Shown piece after piece: positions 39,130 to 48,892 of a stretch of DNA of 64,000 nucleotides (its first letter is position 1; each line of letters opens with the position of its first letter). The notes beneath the pieces are model-generated. The model was given only the letters and a program-made list of their open reading frames with translations. It had not been told where the DNA came from and did no database searches. A program made the position numbers and the translations under genes. The DNA comes from Candidatus Calescibacterium sp. (GTDB taxonomy: Bacteria; Calescibacteriota; Calescibacteriia; Calescibacteriales; Calescibacteriaceae), in NCBI GenBank assembly GCA_032249135.1, contig JAVVGL010000001.1, positions 1 to 64,000 on the forward strand, read 5' to 3'.

Positions 39130-40629
39130 ATGTCATCTGGAACCAGAATTCTCGTAGCCACTTTGATTTCCGCCTTATTTTTGCTTATCTATGATATCTT
39201 TGTTATAAGACCAAGAGTAGAAAAACAGAAGCAACAGCTTGCAAAACAATCTGAACAACATCTTAAAGGAACCGAAGAAAAAATATTAGAGAAACCACAA
39301 ATCAACCTATCTGATAATGATATATTCCGAACCCCAACTGGTTTGACCTCTTTTACTCCGATAGATGATGATTTTTTAAAAGTTATTTTTTCCTGGGGAA
39401 TAATAGAGAATGTGGAACTTAAAGGTTTCAAATTAAAAGTTGATTTACCTGATAACTTCTATTATGAAAAACCTTTCAGATTCGCTTTCCTGAAACCAGA
39501 TAGCAAAACCGAAATAATACCTACCAGATTTGATCTATATGGTAATACCATAATATTCTTCTCTGAATCTCTATCTTTTGTCGTAAGTTATTCAAAAGTT
39601 TCAAAATATGTTTTTGATTTAGATATAAATCTTTTCGGAGATATTGTAGATGTGATTCCAGTTTTCTATTCCAGAAAATCACAAAATGATAATCCAGAAA
39701 TCATAGCATCTACTCCAAATATAAAGAATGTAAAAGATGTGAAATCGGGAAATATTGTTGATTTTTTTGGAGAGAAGGGAAGATACTTTTCATTTCTTGT
39801 TATGCCATCTTGCAAAGTTTATTTTTCCTCTCAAAATGAAAATTTCTCTACTTTTTCTTGCGATAGAATAATCTCAAAAGGATTTGCCGAATTGAAAATG
39901 CGATTTTTTGCCGGTCCAAAAATTGAAGATGAGCTTCAAGTATTTCACAAGCAAGCCTCTGATGTCGCAAAATTTGGATTCTTGCATCCCATATCTAAAT
40001 TCATCGTTGCCTCACTTGAGTTTATAAATTCATTTGTTGGCAATTTAGGATTTTCCATCATAATCTTGTCTTTACTTGTCAGGTTAATTTTTACTCCACT
40101 TAACATCGTTTCTTTGAAATCTATGAAGAAATTGAAAGATATTCAACCAGAAATAGAAAAAATAAAGCAAAAGTATAAAGACGATAAAGAAAGGATTTCC
40201 CGAGAAATATTTGAGCTTTATAGAAGAGAAAAAATAAATCCATTTTCAGGATGCCTTCCTCTCCTGATCCAAATTCCAATATTTATTGCTTTGTATCAAG
40301 CTCTTTTGAATTCAATAGATTTAAGACATGCTCCCTTTATTTTATGGATAAAGGACCTTTCTTCTCCTGATACGCTTTTTTCATTAAAGTTAGGTAGCTG
40401 GGTATTTGAGTTTCATCTCCTTCCTGTTCTTATGGGAGCTACATTTTTGGTTCAACAGCTAATCTCTCCCCAAACATCAGAGGATATATCTTTTAAAATT
40501 GTTTTCAATTACCTTATGCCAATCATGTTTATTTTCATTTTGTGGAACGCTCCGGCAGGTCTGCACCTTTACTGGATAACTATGAACATACTTTCTATCT
40601 TACACCAGCTTATATTTATCAGAAAATAA
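39130..40629 (+). CDS. yidC: Membrane protein insertase YidC
   Basis: FAGPK, NPFSGCLPLLIQIPIF, WIKDLSSPD, PAGL.LYW; ATG at 39130. Confidence 0.95.
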   Translation: MSSGTRILVATLISALFLLIYDIFVIRPRVEKQKQQLAKQSEQHLKGTEEKILEKPQINLSDNDIFRTPTGLTSFTPIDDDFLKVIFSWGIIENVELKGFKLKVDLPDNFYYEKPFRFAFLKPDSKTEIIPTRFDLYGNTIIFFSESLSFVVSYSKVSKYVFDLDINLFGDIVDVIPVFYSRKSQNDNPEIIASTPNIKNVKDVKSGNIVDFFGEKGRYFSFLVMPSCKVYFSSQNENFSTFSCDRIISKGFAELKMRFFAGPKIEDELQVFHKQASDVAKFGFLHPISKFIVASLEFINSFVGNLGFSIIILSLLVRLIFTPLNIVSLKSMKKLKDIQPEIEKIKQKYKDDKERISREIFELYRREKINPFSGCLPLLIQIPIFIALYQALLNSIDLRHAPFILWIKDLSSPDTLFSLKLGSWVFEFHLLPVLMGATFLVQQLISPQTSEDISFKIVFNYLMPIMFIFILWNAPAGLHLYWITMNILSILHQLIFIRK

Positions 40630-40632
40630 AAA

Positions 40633-42036
40633 ATGATGATTAAGAAAAACAAAAATTTTGTCATATCGTTTAGTAAATTTTTTGTCTCAATATTGAGCTT
40701 TCTTTTTTCTCTTTCTTTTCTCTTTTCTTGCCAGATTGATATGAACTGCCGAAGACCTAATCCAAACGAGCTAAAAGATATCAAAGATATGGATTACAGG
40801 GATGGGAAATTGGCTGTTCTATCTTCACCTCAAGATGTACTCAGCTGGTGTTCTGCATTTGTTTCTATTTTTGAATACTCAGATGATAATTTGAGATTTT
40901 TAAAAAATGTTGAGTTATCAGGAAAAATCGCTCATGATTTGGTTTGGGTTGATAAAAAAATTTTAGTTTTAGTTTCAGGTTCAAATGGGCAAGTCATAGA
41001 TGTTGTTGATCCAGAAGAGGGAAAAGTTATAATTAGCTTATCTTTGGATTTGCAGAATATGGAAGCAATTTTTTCTTATGGAAAATCTATTCTGGTTTTA
41101 CCTCAATTGGATACGAAAATATTTTTCACAGAAGATATTGATGAATTTATAAGTAGTAAAAGAGGGAAATATTTTACATTAAATTATTTACCAAAATCAG
41201 GAGCAATAGCGGAAACCGGAGGTAAAAAATATATTTTCATAATAGGTGAAAAGAACAATATAAATGTGATCTCACAAGAAGGAATTACCCAAAATATTAA
41301 TATCTCAGAAATAACAACCCAACAACAACGAGAGGATTTTATTTCTGCCGTTTCATCGGAAGTTAAACCATCTCCAAGATTAGATCCACTTGGTAGTAAT
41401 TTGATTTTTAACTCAAAAATGTTTTTCAGAGATGGACTTTTATTTATTCAAGCAAACTCCGAAGAAATGAAAGGTGTTTTTACATATGATGTAAATTGTT
41501 TGGTTAATAAAGATGAGACCCAAAATTGTTCGTGGTTTGTTCCAATAACTTCTGATAGATTAAATGATATTTTCGTTTTCTCACTCCCACTCGATGAGAA
41601 TTTAAGATTAAAAATTTTCCCAGTTATATACAGTATCTCTGCCGATGAAAAAAAACAATACAGTTTCATTTCCCTTCTTGTTTTCAAAGAAAGAAAATTT
41701 TATCTTGTAGACAAAAAGATTATTGATACCTCTCCTCTCTACGAACTCGTCAGATATGAAGTGTCTCAATCTGATGAAGATGGAATAAATTCTGGTAGCG
41801 GAGAAAAAGAAGACAAATCAGAAAATAAAAAAGATAAATCAGATAATAAATATTCAGATAATAAATTTACTGATAATAAATTTGCAGGTTCAAATGAAAA
41901 TAATGGGAATCAAAATATATCCGAAAGCAAAATTAGAAAAGTATTGGCGGTAAAAATGAAATTTGCATTCAAAAAGAAAGATTACGATGAAATAGATTTT
42001 TTTGAATACAAAATCAACCTCCACCTGAACCAATAA
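40633..42036 (+). CDS. Putative lipoprotein, beta-rich (possibly beta-propeller)
   Basis: Signal ending FLFS-C; starts 3 nt after yidC; D/N/K low-complexity repeats near the C-terminus. Confidence 0.65.
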   Translation: MMIKKNKNFVISFSKFFVSILSFLFSLSFLFSCQIDMNCRRPNPNELKDIKDMDYRDGKLAVLSSPQDVLSWCSAFVSIFEYSDDNLRFLKNVELSGKIAHDLVWVDKKILVLVSGSNGQVIDVVDPEEGKVIISLSLDLQNMEAIFSYGKSILVLPQLDTKIFFTEDIDEFISSKRGKYFTLNYLPKSGAIAETGGKKYIFIIGEKNNINVISQEGITQNINISEITTQQQREDFISAVSSEVKPSPRLDPLGSNLIFNSKMFFRDGLLFIQANSEEMKGVFTYDVNCLVNKDETQNCSWFVPITSDRLNDIFVFSLPLDENLRLKIFPVIYSISADEKKQYSFISLLVFKERKFYLVDKKIIDTSPLYELVRYEVSQSDEDGINSGSGEKEDKSENKKDKSDNKYSDNKFTDNKFAGSNENNGNQNISESKIRKVLAVKMKFAFKKKDYDEIDFFEYKINLHLNQ

Positions 42037-43426
42037 TATCTGCATTAGGCTTTACCATAGAAAATGGATCAAGTATTTTCTCTGCTTCTTGCTGACTAAG
42101 AATACCTTCCTCTATCACTATTTCCCTTATAGTTTTTCCTTTCTCAACAGCTTTTTTAGCAATTTCGGCCGCTTTGTCGTAACCAATTTTGAGTGCGAGC
42201 GGAGTTGATAGTGCAAGAGACCATTCTACAAGTTCCCTCATTCTACTTACATTTGGTTTTATTCCATCTATGCATTTTTTCGCAAAGTTTTCAGCAGCTG
42301 ATGATAAAAGTTTTATTGAATTTACAACATGGTAACCTATGATGGGTAAAAAGGTGTTGAGCTCAAAATTACCATTCATACCACCTATTGTTATTGTTGC
42401 ATCAGAACCTATAACATGTGCGCAAACCATCATCACAGATTCTGGTATTACCGGATTTACTTTCCCAGGCATTATAGATGAACCGGGCTGGAGCGATGGC
42501 AAAAATATTTCCCCTATTCCACATCTTGGTCCAGAAGAAAGCCATCTTATATCGTTTGCTACCTTGAACATTGCTACTGCGCAAGTTTTAAGCATACCAG
42601 AAAGAGCCACCATAACATCTTGTGTTGCTTGTGAGAAAAAGTGATTACGAGTTTCCTTAAATTCATGCCCTAAAAATTCAGAGATATATTTTATTGCCTT
42701 TTTGGGAAAATCTGGATGCGCATTTATTCCTGTCCCTACCGCAGTTCCACCAAGAGCAAGCTCAGATAGCCGAGGAATGTAAGATTCAAGCAACTCTATA
42801 ACATGAGAAATCTGCTCTTTATATCCTGAAAATTCTTGACCCAAAGTTATCGGTGTTGCATCCATAAGGTGTGTTCTACCTATTTTTATTATATCTTTGA
42901 ACTCTTCTGCTTTTTTATCTAAACTCTTTTCAAGCGTTCTTAACGAAGGAAGAAGTTTGTGTTTGAGTCCCATCACAGCCGCAATCTGGATTGATGTTGG
43001 TATAACATCGTTTGAGGATTGACATTTATTGACATGATCGTTCGGATGAACAGGGTATTTTTTCCCTTTTTCATAACCTAATATTTCATTCGCTCTGTTT
43101 GCTATTACTTCATTTACATTCATATTAGTTGATGTTCCGGATCCCGTCTGGAAAACATCTACTGGAAAGTTTCCTTTGAGCTTTCCCTCGTATATTTCTT
43201 CCGCTGCTTTACAAATCGCATCTTTTATGTTTTCTGGAATCAGACCGAGTTCAGCATTCGCTTTTGCAGAAGCCCACTTTATAACAGCTATTGCCTTTAT
43301 TATCTCTTCTGGCATTTCCCAACCGCTTATTGGGAAGTTCTCAACTGCTCTCTGAGTTTGTGCCCCCCAGTATTTATCTTCTGGAACCTTGACTTCACCC
43401 ATAGTATCTTTTTCTATCCTCCACAT
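42014..43426 (-). CDS. fumC: Class II fumarate hydratase
   Basis: RIEKDTMG, QTGSGTSTNMN, GRTHLMDA, GSSIMPGKVNP; AGGAGG SD. Confidence 0.96.
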   Translation of the reverse strand: MWRIEKDTMGEVKVPEDKYWGAQTQRAVENFPISGWEMPEEIIKAIAVIKWASAKANAELGLIPENIKDAICKAAEEIYEGKLKGNFPVDVFQTGSGTSTNMNVNEVIANRANEILGYEKGKKYPVHPNDHVNKCQSSNDVIPTSIQIAAVMGLKHKLLPSLRTLEKSLDKKAEEFKDIIKIGRTHLMDATPITLGQEFSGYKEQISHVIELLESYIPRLSELALGGTAVGTGINAHPDFPKKAIKYISEFLGHEFKETRNHFFSQATQDVMVALSGMLKTCAVAMFKVANDIRWLSSGPRCGIGEIFLPSLQPGSSIMPGKVNPVIPESVMMVCAHVIGSDATITIGGMNGNFELNTFLPIIGYHVVNSIKLLSSAAENFAKKCIDGIKPNVSRMRELVEWSLALSTPLALKIGYDKAAEIAKKAVEKGKTIREIVIEEGILSQQEAEKILDPFSMVKPNADIIGSGGG

Positions 43427-43482
43427 TTTCTTTACCTCCTTTTTTTATCAATTTTTTTCTTTCTTTTTCTTTATTTATTACT

Positions 43483-43836
43483 TTATTTACCTGCTATTTT
43501 TTTATACAAGTACAAGAAATCTTTTGTGATAATATGGAAATTTACTTTGGGATTTTTGATTTTTTTCCTGAGTTCTATCAAAATTTTTTCTCTTAATTTT
43601 TCATCTGGTATGACAATCACTATGTCTAAATCTGAAGCGCGGGAGAACCTTTTAGTTCCAAATGATCCCGATATGAAAACTCTGCATCCATACTTTTCCC
43701 CGATTTTTTTTGACAATTTTATGTATTTTTTAGCATTTCTGATGAGGTCTTCTGATTTTTTCACTTCAAGTTTAAAAGCTTCTATCTCAATTTTGTTTTT
43801 ATATTCTTTCCTTACTTTGTTTTTGTTCTTTATCAT
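43483..43836 (-). CDS. Minimal nucleotidyltransferase (MNT) of a HEPN-MNT pair
   Basis: GS-x10-DLD (GSFGTKRFSRASDLD); ATGA overlap with the HEPN stop. Confidence 0.85.
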   Translation of the reverse strand: MIKNKNKVRKEYKNKIEIEAFKLEVKKSEDLIRNAKKYIKLSKKIGEKYGCRVFISGSFGTKRFSRASDLDIVIVIPDEKLREKILIELRKKIKNPKVNFHIITKDFLYLYKKIAGK

Positions 43837-44204
43837 TTTCCCAATATTTTCCGTATTTCCTTGACAAATTTTTCGCAAGCTTTGAAGCTCTCATGAGAAT
43901 ACTCATTTACTGAATATCTTGCTCCTATATAAACTTCATTTAAAATATCAATTTCAATTTTATTCACATATTTTTTCAAGGTTGGATTTTTCTTTGATAA
44001 AATTTTCAAGAGTTCTCTTATATCATGTATTTTTGGGAAATTACCATAAAGCTCCATAAGTTTTGCTTTGAGAAAAAGTTGTAAAGATTGTTCAAGCATA
44101 AAAAGAGCAAATGTATAATCTTTTCTTTGCTCTAATAATTTAGCATTTTCATAAAGTCTCTCTGACTTTTCCTTTAACTTATCTACAACTTTCCGAGTCT
44201 GCAT
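43833..44204 (-). CDS. HEPN domain protein (COG2250-like)
   Basis: EQSLQLFLKA, FPKIHDIRELL, YIGARY. Confidence 0.88.
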   Translation of the reverse strand: MQTRKVVDKLKEKSERLYENAKLLEQRKDYTFALFMLEQSLQLFLKAKLMELYGNFPKIHDIRELLKILSKKNPTLKKYVNKIEIDILNEVYIGARYSVNEYSHESFKACEKFVKEIRKILGK

Positions 44205-44258
44205 TTTTTACGATGTTTCATTAAACACTATTTCATCTCCTTTTTATTTTTATAATTT

Positions 44259-45413
44259 TCAGTTTTGCTCTAAAACATTTTTGTAGAATTCAATGACTTG
44301 TTTTTTGTGATTCTCAATTGAGAAATTGTGAGATTTCCTTATTGAATTTTCTGAAAGCTTCCTTCTCAAATTTTCATCATAAAGAAGAAGTTCTATACTT
44401 TGAGAAAATTCATCTATTTTTTTCGGATTCACAACAATTGCATCTTTGAAGTTTTCAAGTATTTCTGATGCCCCTGCATAAGATGAAACAATTTGTGGAA
44501 TGCCACAAACCATAGCCTCAAGAACTACATTCCCAAATGAATCAACACAAGAAGGAAATACAACAATATCGCTCAAAGCAAGTATTTCCTCTTTCCTCAT
44601 AAATCCGGGAGAAATAATTTTTAATCCTTCACCCATTTTCAGAATCTTATTTTTAAGGGGACCGTCACCAGCTATAAGGAGAGAAAATTTTTTATGCCTT
44701 TTTATTTTTTTTGCTGCAAGAACAAGTAAATCAAATCCTTTTCCATCCTCTATCCTTCCATAAGATGATATTACATCCCCCTCAATTTCAAGTTCTTTTT
44801 TTAATCTATCACGTGTTCCGTCTTTTATTTTTTCTAATACTCTCTCCCTTAATGAAAGATCTATACCGTTGTAAATAACTTTTATTTTTTTGTTTTTTAT
44901 AAATTTTGTGATATAGTTGAATCTTTTTTCAAGGGTCTTTCGTGAATTGACAATAACTCCATCTGCAAGAATAAATAAAGGTAAATCAATTTTATCCTTC
45001 TGAGATATTCTGACATGCCAGATTACCTTGAAGTTATTATTCTTTATTTTTTCTTTTTTCCTCATCAATTTAAGCAGCGAAACATATATCATCGCACGCG
45101 AACCGTTGATATGAACTATATCTGGTTTGAAATCATCTATCATATTCTCAAAATTTTTGAGAGTACTCTTTATGAGAAAAATGTTTTTCGGGGAAGGCAT
45201 ATCAAATGAGAAAATTTTTATTCTTTCTTTTTCAAGTTCTTTTCTTATTTCGCCCTCTCCTGGTGTAAATACAGCCAATTTTATCTCATTTTCTTTGCTC
45301 TCGTTTTCTTCCTTTTTCAAAGCTTTTGCATATTCCATAAAGTATATCTCACCACCACCTATTACTTCCTTGTGATTGAACACCAAAAGAATTTTCATGC
45401 GAGAGATTTTCAT
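44259..45413 (-). CDS. Glycosyltransferase family 4
   Basis: IGGGE, VIYNGID, DSFGNVVLEAM. Confidence 0.9.
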   Translation of the reverse strand: MKISRMKILLVFNHKEVIGGGEIYFMEYAKALKKEENESKENEIKLAVFTPGEGEIRKELEKERIKIFSFDMPSPKNIFLIKSTLKNFENMIDDFKPDIVHINGSRAMIYVSLLKLMRKKEKIKNNNFKVIWHVRISQKDKIDLPLFILADGVIVNSRKTLEKRFNYITKFIKNKKIKVIYNGIDLSLRERVLEKIKDGTRDRLKKELEIEGDVISSYGRIEDGKGFDLLVLAAKKIKRHKKFSLLIAGDGPLKNKILKMGEGLKIISPGFMRKEEILALSDIVVFPSCVDSFGNVVLEAMVCGIPQIVSSYAGASEILENFKDAIVVNPKKIDEFSQSIELLLYDENLRRKLSENSIRKSHNFSIENHKKQVIEFYKNVLEQN

Positions 45414-46777
45414 TTTGCTCTTTCAGGGCCTCCAAGCTCATAAGATTTAATTTTCGTTTCAGCAATTTTTCTGAAAAGCTTTTCAACCATATATCTGAAA
45501 ACTTCTTTCTCCTCCAGAGCTAAATTTTTGCTTTCATCTGGGAGTTTAAACAACTCAAATCTATCCTCGTACGAATCACCTTTATAATTGTAATAAATGA
45601 GTTTCCATTGTTCTTCTTGAATTACATATACTCTTTTCCATTTTTCGTTTTCTTTACATTGCCATCCACAGGGAGAAGTTGAGGCAAAAATAGTTCTGCT
45701 TTTATCTCTTACCAGAGTTTTTATTCTTTTTTTCTTACGATCAAAAGAAATTAATCTTTCACCGTCTGATGGAAATTTGCTTATCTTATCCCCGAGACCT
45801 AATATTTCAAAAAGAGTTGGCATAATATCAACCGAAGAAGCTGGTGTTTCTATCTCATAACTTTTTATTCCGGGAATTCTTATTATGCATGGGATTTTCA
45901 TTATTTCTTGATATAGACCTGAATCTCTGGATGTTGAAGCGTGTCCAACCCATCCATGCTCAAACAACTCCTCGCCGTGATCAGCCGTTATGACCAAAAT
46001 TACCTCATCCCATATTCCAAGATTTTTAAGATGTTCAACTATTTTTCCTATCTCATCATCCTGCAATTTTATATCAGCTTCATATAAAGTTCTTATAAAA
46101 TCTTTTTCTTGCTCGGTAAGGTAAGAAAGGTCAAACTCTTCTCTGTAAATTGTTTTTCTTTCAAGGAAAATTTTTATTCTTTCAAAGTCAGCCGTGAGAT
46201 CTCCTGAAAATTCTTTAAGATATGAATAAGGGAGATGAGGACCGCGAAGGTGGAACCAAACAAAAAAATTTTCATCTTTATGTTTTTCCAAAAACTCAAA
46301 AATATTGTTTCCTGAAAATTCAAATCCTAAATTTCCTATTGTATCTCCTGTCCAATGTTCAGCGTATGTTTTCCATCCGTTATCTTTGAGAACTTCAATA
46401 GGTGTTTTTATGTTTGAATTCAGAACATATCCTCTGACCTCTACCCCGTGAGTTGAAGGCAGTAAAGATGAAAATATTGAGACCAAAGTAGGCGATGTCC
46501 AACCCGAAACAGCATAAAAATTTTTAAATAAGATAGCCTCTTCACAAAGACTATCTATATTTGGAGATGTTTTTTTGTGGTATCCGTAACAAGATAAAAA
46601 ATCTGCTCTTAATGAATCAATCGTTAAAAACAAAACTTTGAACTTTTTTTGCTCTGCAAAAACATCATTATTCCCCCAAAATACAGAACTAATAAAGGGA
46701 ATAAGAAAAATGAAGAAGGTTATAATAAGAACTATAATTTCCCTTGTGAAACCGAGTGCTTTCTGAATTCGCTTCAT
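45410..46777 (-). CDS. Exported sulfatase-like hydrolase/transferase (alkaline phosphatase superfamily)
   Basis: N-terminal TM/signal, TIDSLRAD, SPNID, WTSP, PHLPY, ADHGE; ATGA-coupled to the GT4 gene. Confidence 0.88.
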   Translation of the reverse strand: MKRIQKALGFTREIIVLIITFFIFLIPFISSVFWGNNDVFAEQKKFKVLFLTIDSLRADFLSCYGYHKKTSPNIDSLCEEAILFKNFYAVSGWTSPTLVSIFSSLLPSTHGVEVRGYVLNSNIKTPIEVLKDNGWKTYAEHWTGDTIGNLGFEFSGNNIFEFLEKHKDENFFVWFHLRGPHLPYSYLKEFSGDLTADFERIKIFLERKTIYREEFDLSYLTEQEKDFIRTLYEADIKLQDDEIGKIVEHLKNLGIWDEVILVITADHGEELFEHGWVGHASTSRDSGLYQEIMKIPCIIRIPGIKSYEIETPASSVDIMPTLFEILGLGDKISKFPSDGERLISFDRKKKRIKTLVRDKSRTIFASTSPCGWQCKENEKWKRVYVIQEEQWKLIYYNYKGDSYEDRFELFKLPDESKNLALEEKEVFRYMVEKLFRKIAETKIKSYELGGPERAK

Positions 46778-46802
46778 TTCTTGTTTATTTATATTTGATT
46801 TG

Positions 46803-47177
46803 CTATCTTTTTTCTTTTTTCATCTGATATATCTTTTGAATGACATCTCCTATGACATCTGTATCCAGATCTTCTTCGCTGATACTTTTATCAACTTTCC
46901 TTTCCTTTTTTTCATCTACAATTCTCTCTTCCTCGGCCGCTGATTCTTTTCCAGTTTTTAATTTTTTTTCAGTTTTCAATTCTTTTTCAGTTTTTGATTC
47001 CTTTGTTGCTGTACCATTTAAATCTTTGTGAGGTTTTGAGATACTTTTAAGTCCATCTACAATATAATCTTTAAGATGAATATTGACATACCATTTTCCG
47101 AATTTGACATCAAAAATGTTCAAGAATATAACAAGGAGCAAACCAAAAAAAACAAAATATATAAACATTCTTATCAT
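46803..47177 (-). CDS. Hypothetical membrane-anchored protein
   Basis: N-terminal TM, K/E-rich 6-aa repeats (KTEKEL KTEKKL KTGKES). Confidence 0.6.
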   Translation of the reverse strand: MIRMFIYFVFFGLLLVIFLNIFDVKFGKWYVNIHLKDYIVDGLKSISKPHKDLNGTATKESKTEKELKTEKKLKTGKESAAEEERIVDEKKERKVDKSISEEDLDTDVIGDVIQKIYQMKKEKR

Positions 47178-47254
47178 ACTGTTTTTTATGTTTATTTACT
47201 TTCTTTTTATTTTTTATTTTAAAATTCTGAGAATGACAAATCAAATTAGGATTT

Positions 47255-47542
47255 TTAAGCTACAAAAATGTGAGCATCAAAATTGTAAATTTCGTCAAAA
47301 TTTATTTCATCAAAATTTTTAACTTCATACTGACTTCCCATATCTTTGAGGGCTTGCAAAAACTCATATATTTCAGACTTTGTTTTTTCGTCATATTCTG
47401 AAATTGCTTTCATAACAGCTGGAGACAGCACCAAGGACACAATATTTCCCCGCAGAGTTATCCCGAGCGACATTCTTACCGACTCAAAAATGCGTTTTTT
47501 ATCTGAAAAATCTCCCAAAAAAACAAAAATTTTTTTTCGCAT
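47255..47542 (-). CDS. DsrE/DsrF-like small protein
   Basis: RIFESVRMSLG...VSLVL pattern; 95 aa; no Cys. Confidence 0.5.
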   Translation of the reverse strand: MRKKIFVFLGDFSDKKRIFESVRMSLGITLRGNIVSLVLSPAVMKAISEYDEKTKSEIYEFLQALKDMGSQYEVKNFDEINFDEIYNFDAHIFVA

Positions 47543-47561
47543 AAACTTATTTAGCGTAAAA

Positions 47562-47629
47562 TTATCTTTTATTTTTATATTTTTATTTTTTTATTTTCTT
47601 ATTTTTTTATTTTTTATTTTTTATTTTTA
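47562..47629. repeat. Imperfect (T4-7 A)n low-complexity tract between divergent genes
   Basis: About 9 consecutive ttttta-like units. Confidence 0.7.
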
Positions 47630-48274
47630 GTGTTCTACAAAGGGAAAAAGTATATATACATAGGTTATGTTGCGAGAACGCACGGGAAAAAGGGTAAAAT
47701 TGCAGTAAGGATAAGGAAAAGAATTCCAAAAGAAAAAATGCCTCCAAGAATATTTATAAAGGAAATAAAGGAAGACGGGGAAGAATTAAAGGAGTATAGG
47801 TTAAAACTCCTGAAAGAATATAAAAATGGATTAGCAATAATGAAGCTAAATATAAAACCAGAAGAAGCAGAAAAACTTGTCTCACAAGATGTATATATAT
47901 GTGAAGACGACTTACCGCGGAAAGTAAGAGTAGAGTTGGGAGTGATACCAAGTTTTATTCCAGAGGTTGAAAAAGATGAATCTGAGCTTGAAGAGATAGG
48001 TTTCATAACAAAGCCGCGAGGATTACAGGGAGCATTGGCAGTTGTATCTCCAAAAGAAAAAGAATCTATATGGAAAAAGGAAAAACTCAAAATTTTTATT
48101 GAAGGCGATGAAAAAGGAAAATTTTTTGAAACACAAATAAGATCGGTAAAAAAGCTAAGGGAAATGTTAGATAATGTGTATCTTTCTGTAAAAGTACTTT
48201 ATGTCAACGATATAGATGCAGCAGAAAGATTAAGGAAAAGAAGAATTTTTATATCAAAAGCTGATTTACTTTGA
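47630..48274 (+). CDS. RimM-like protein with tandem RimM N-terminal domains
   Basis: IGYVARTHGKKG...AEKL...VYI and IGFITKPRGLQG...AAERL...IFI. Confidence 0.7.
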   Translation: MFYKGKKYIYIGYVARTHGKKGKIAVRIRKRIPKEKMPPRIFIKEIKEDGEELKEYRLKLLKEYKNGLAIMKLNIKPEEAEKLVSQDVYICEDDLPRKVRVELGVIPSFIPEVEKDESELEEIGFITKPRGLQGALAVVSPKEKESIWKKEKLKIFIEGDEKGKFFETQIRSVKKLREMLDNVYLSVKVLYVNDIDAAERLRKRRIFISKADLL

Positions 48275-48892
48275 TGGTGTAATTAAAACTCCTCTTCCCC
48301 CTATTACATCTTTATGTTTCGGTTCAACAAAAATTCTAAAATTTCTCTCTTTACCCTTACCATACTCCACAGATAAGTTTATCTCAATAAATTTTGGGAT
48401 TCCGTCTACTTGATCCCATCTTTCTTGCCATCCCTTATCTCCAAAAGCTTTGACATCAAATGATTTGATACCTTCAAGGATTGGAACAAAAAAACCTCCC
48501 TTTTTTAGATCTCCATCTAATTTATTATCTATTCTTTTCAAGAGCCGAGCAGTTTCTTTGCCTTTTTCCTGCTCAAAAACATACTCTATCTCTTTGTGGG
48601 TACCACCGTAGTATGTTGTAAAAATTATACTATCAAATGGTCTACCAAAAAAACCCATCTCCTGCAGAATAAATCCACAGCCTTTACACGAGTAAACAGA
48701 TTCAAATTCTCTTTTGAGCTCATTCAGAACATATATAGCAGTAGATTCTCTATCGGCTGACTTTTCTATAAAATCTCTGTAATTTAGCATAGAAAAAACT
48801 ACTCCGAATAAAACAACTATACCGAAAGAGACCAAAAAAACTGAAACTATAACTTCTATAAGAGTGAATCCTGACTTTTTTCCCTCAATCAC
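48266..48892 (-). CDS. Type II secretion pseudopilin (GspJ-like)
   Basis: Prepilin site KKSG|FTLIEV; C-terminal WQERWD..IPKFIEI. Confidence 0.8.
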   Translation of the reverse strand: MIEGKKSGFTLIEVIVSVFLVSFGIVVLFGVVFSMLNYRDFIEKSADRESTAIYVLNELKREFESVYSCKGCGFILQEMGFFGRPFDSIIFTTYYGGTHKEIEYVFEQEKGKETARLLKRIDNKLDGDLKKGGFFVPILEGIKSFDVKAFGDKGWQERWDQVDGIPKFIEINLSVEYGKGKERNFRIFVEPKHKDVIGGRGVLITPSK

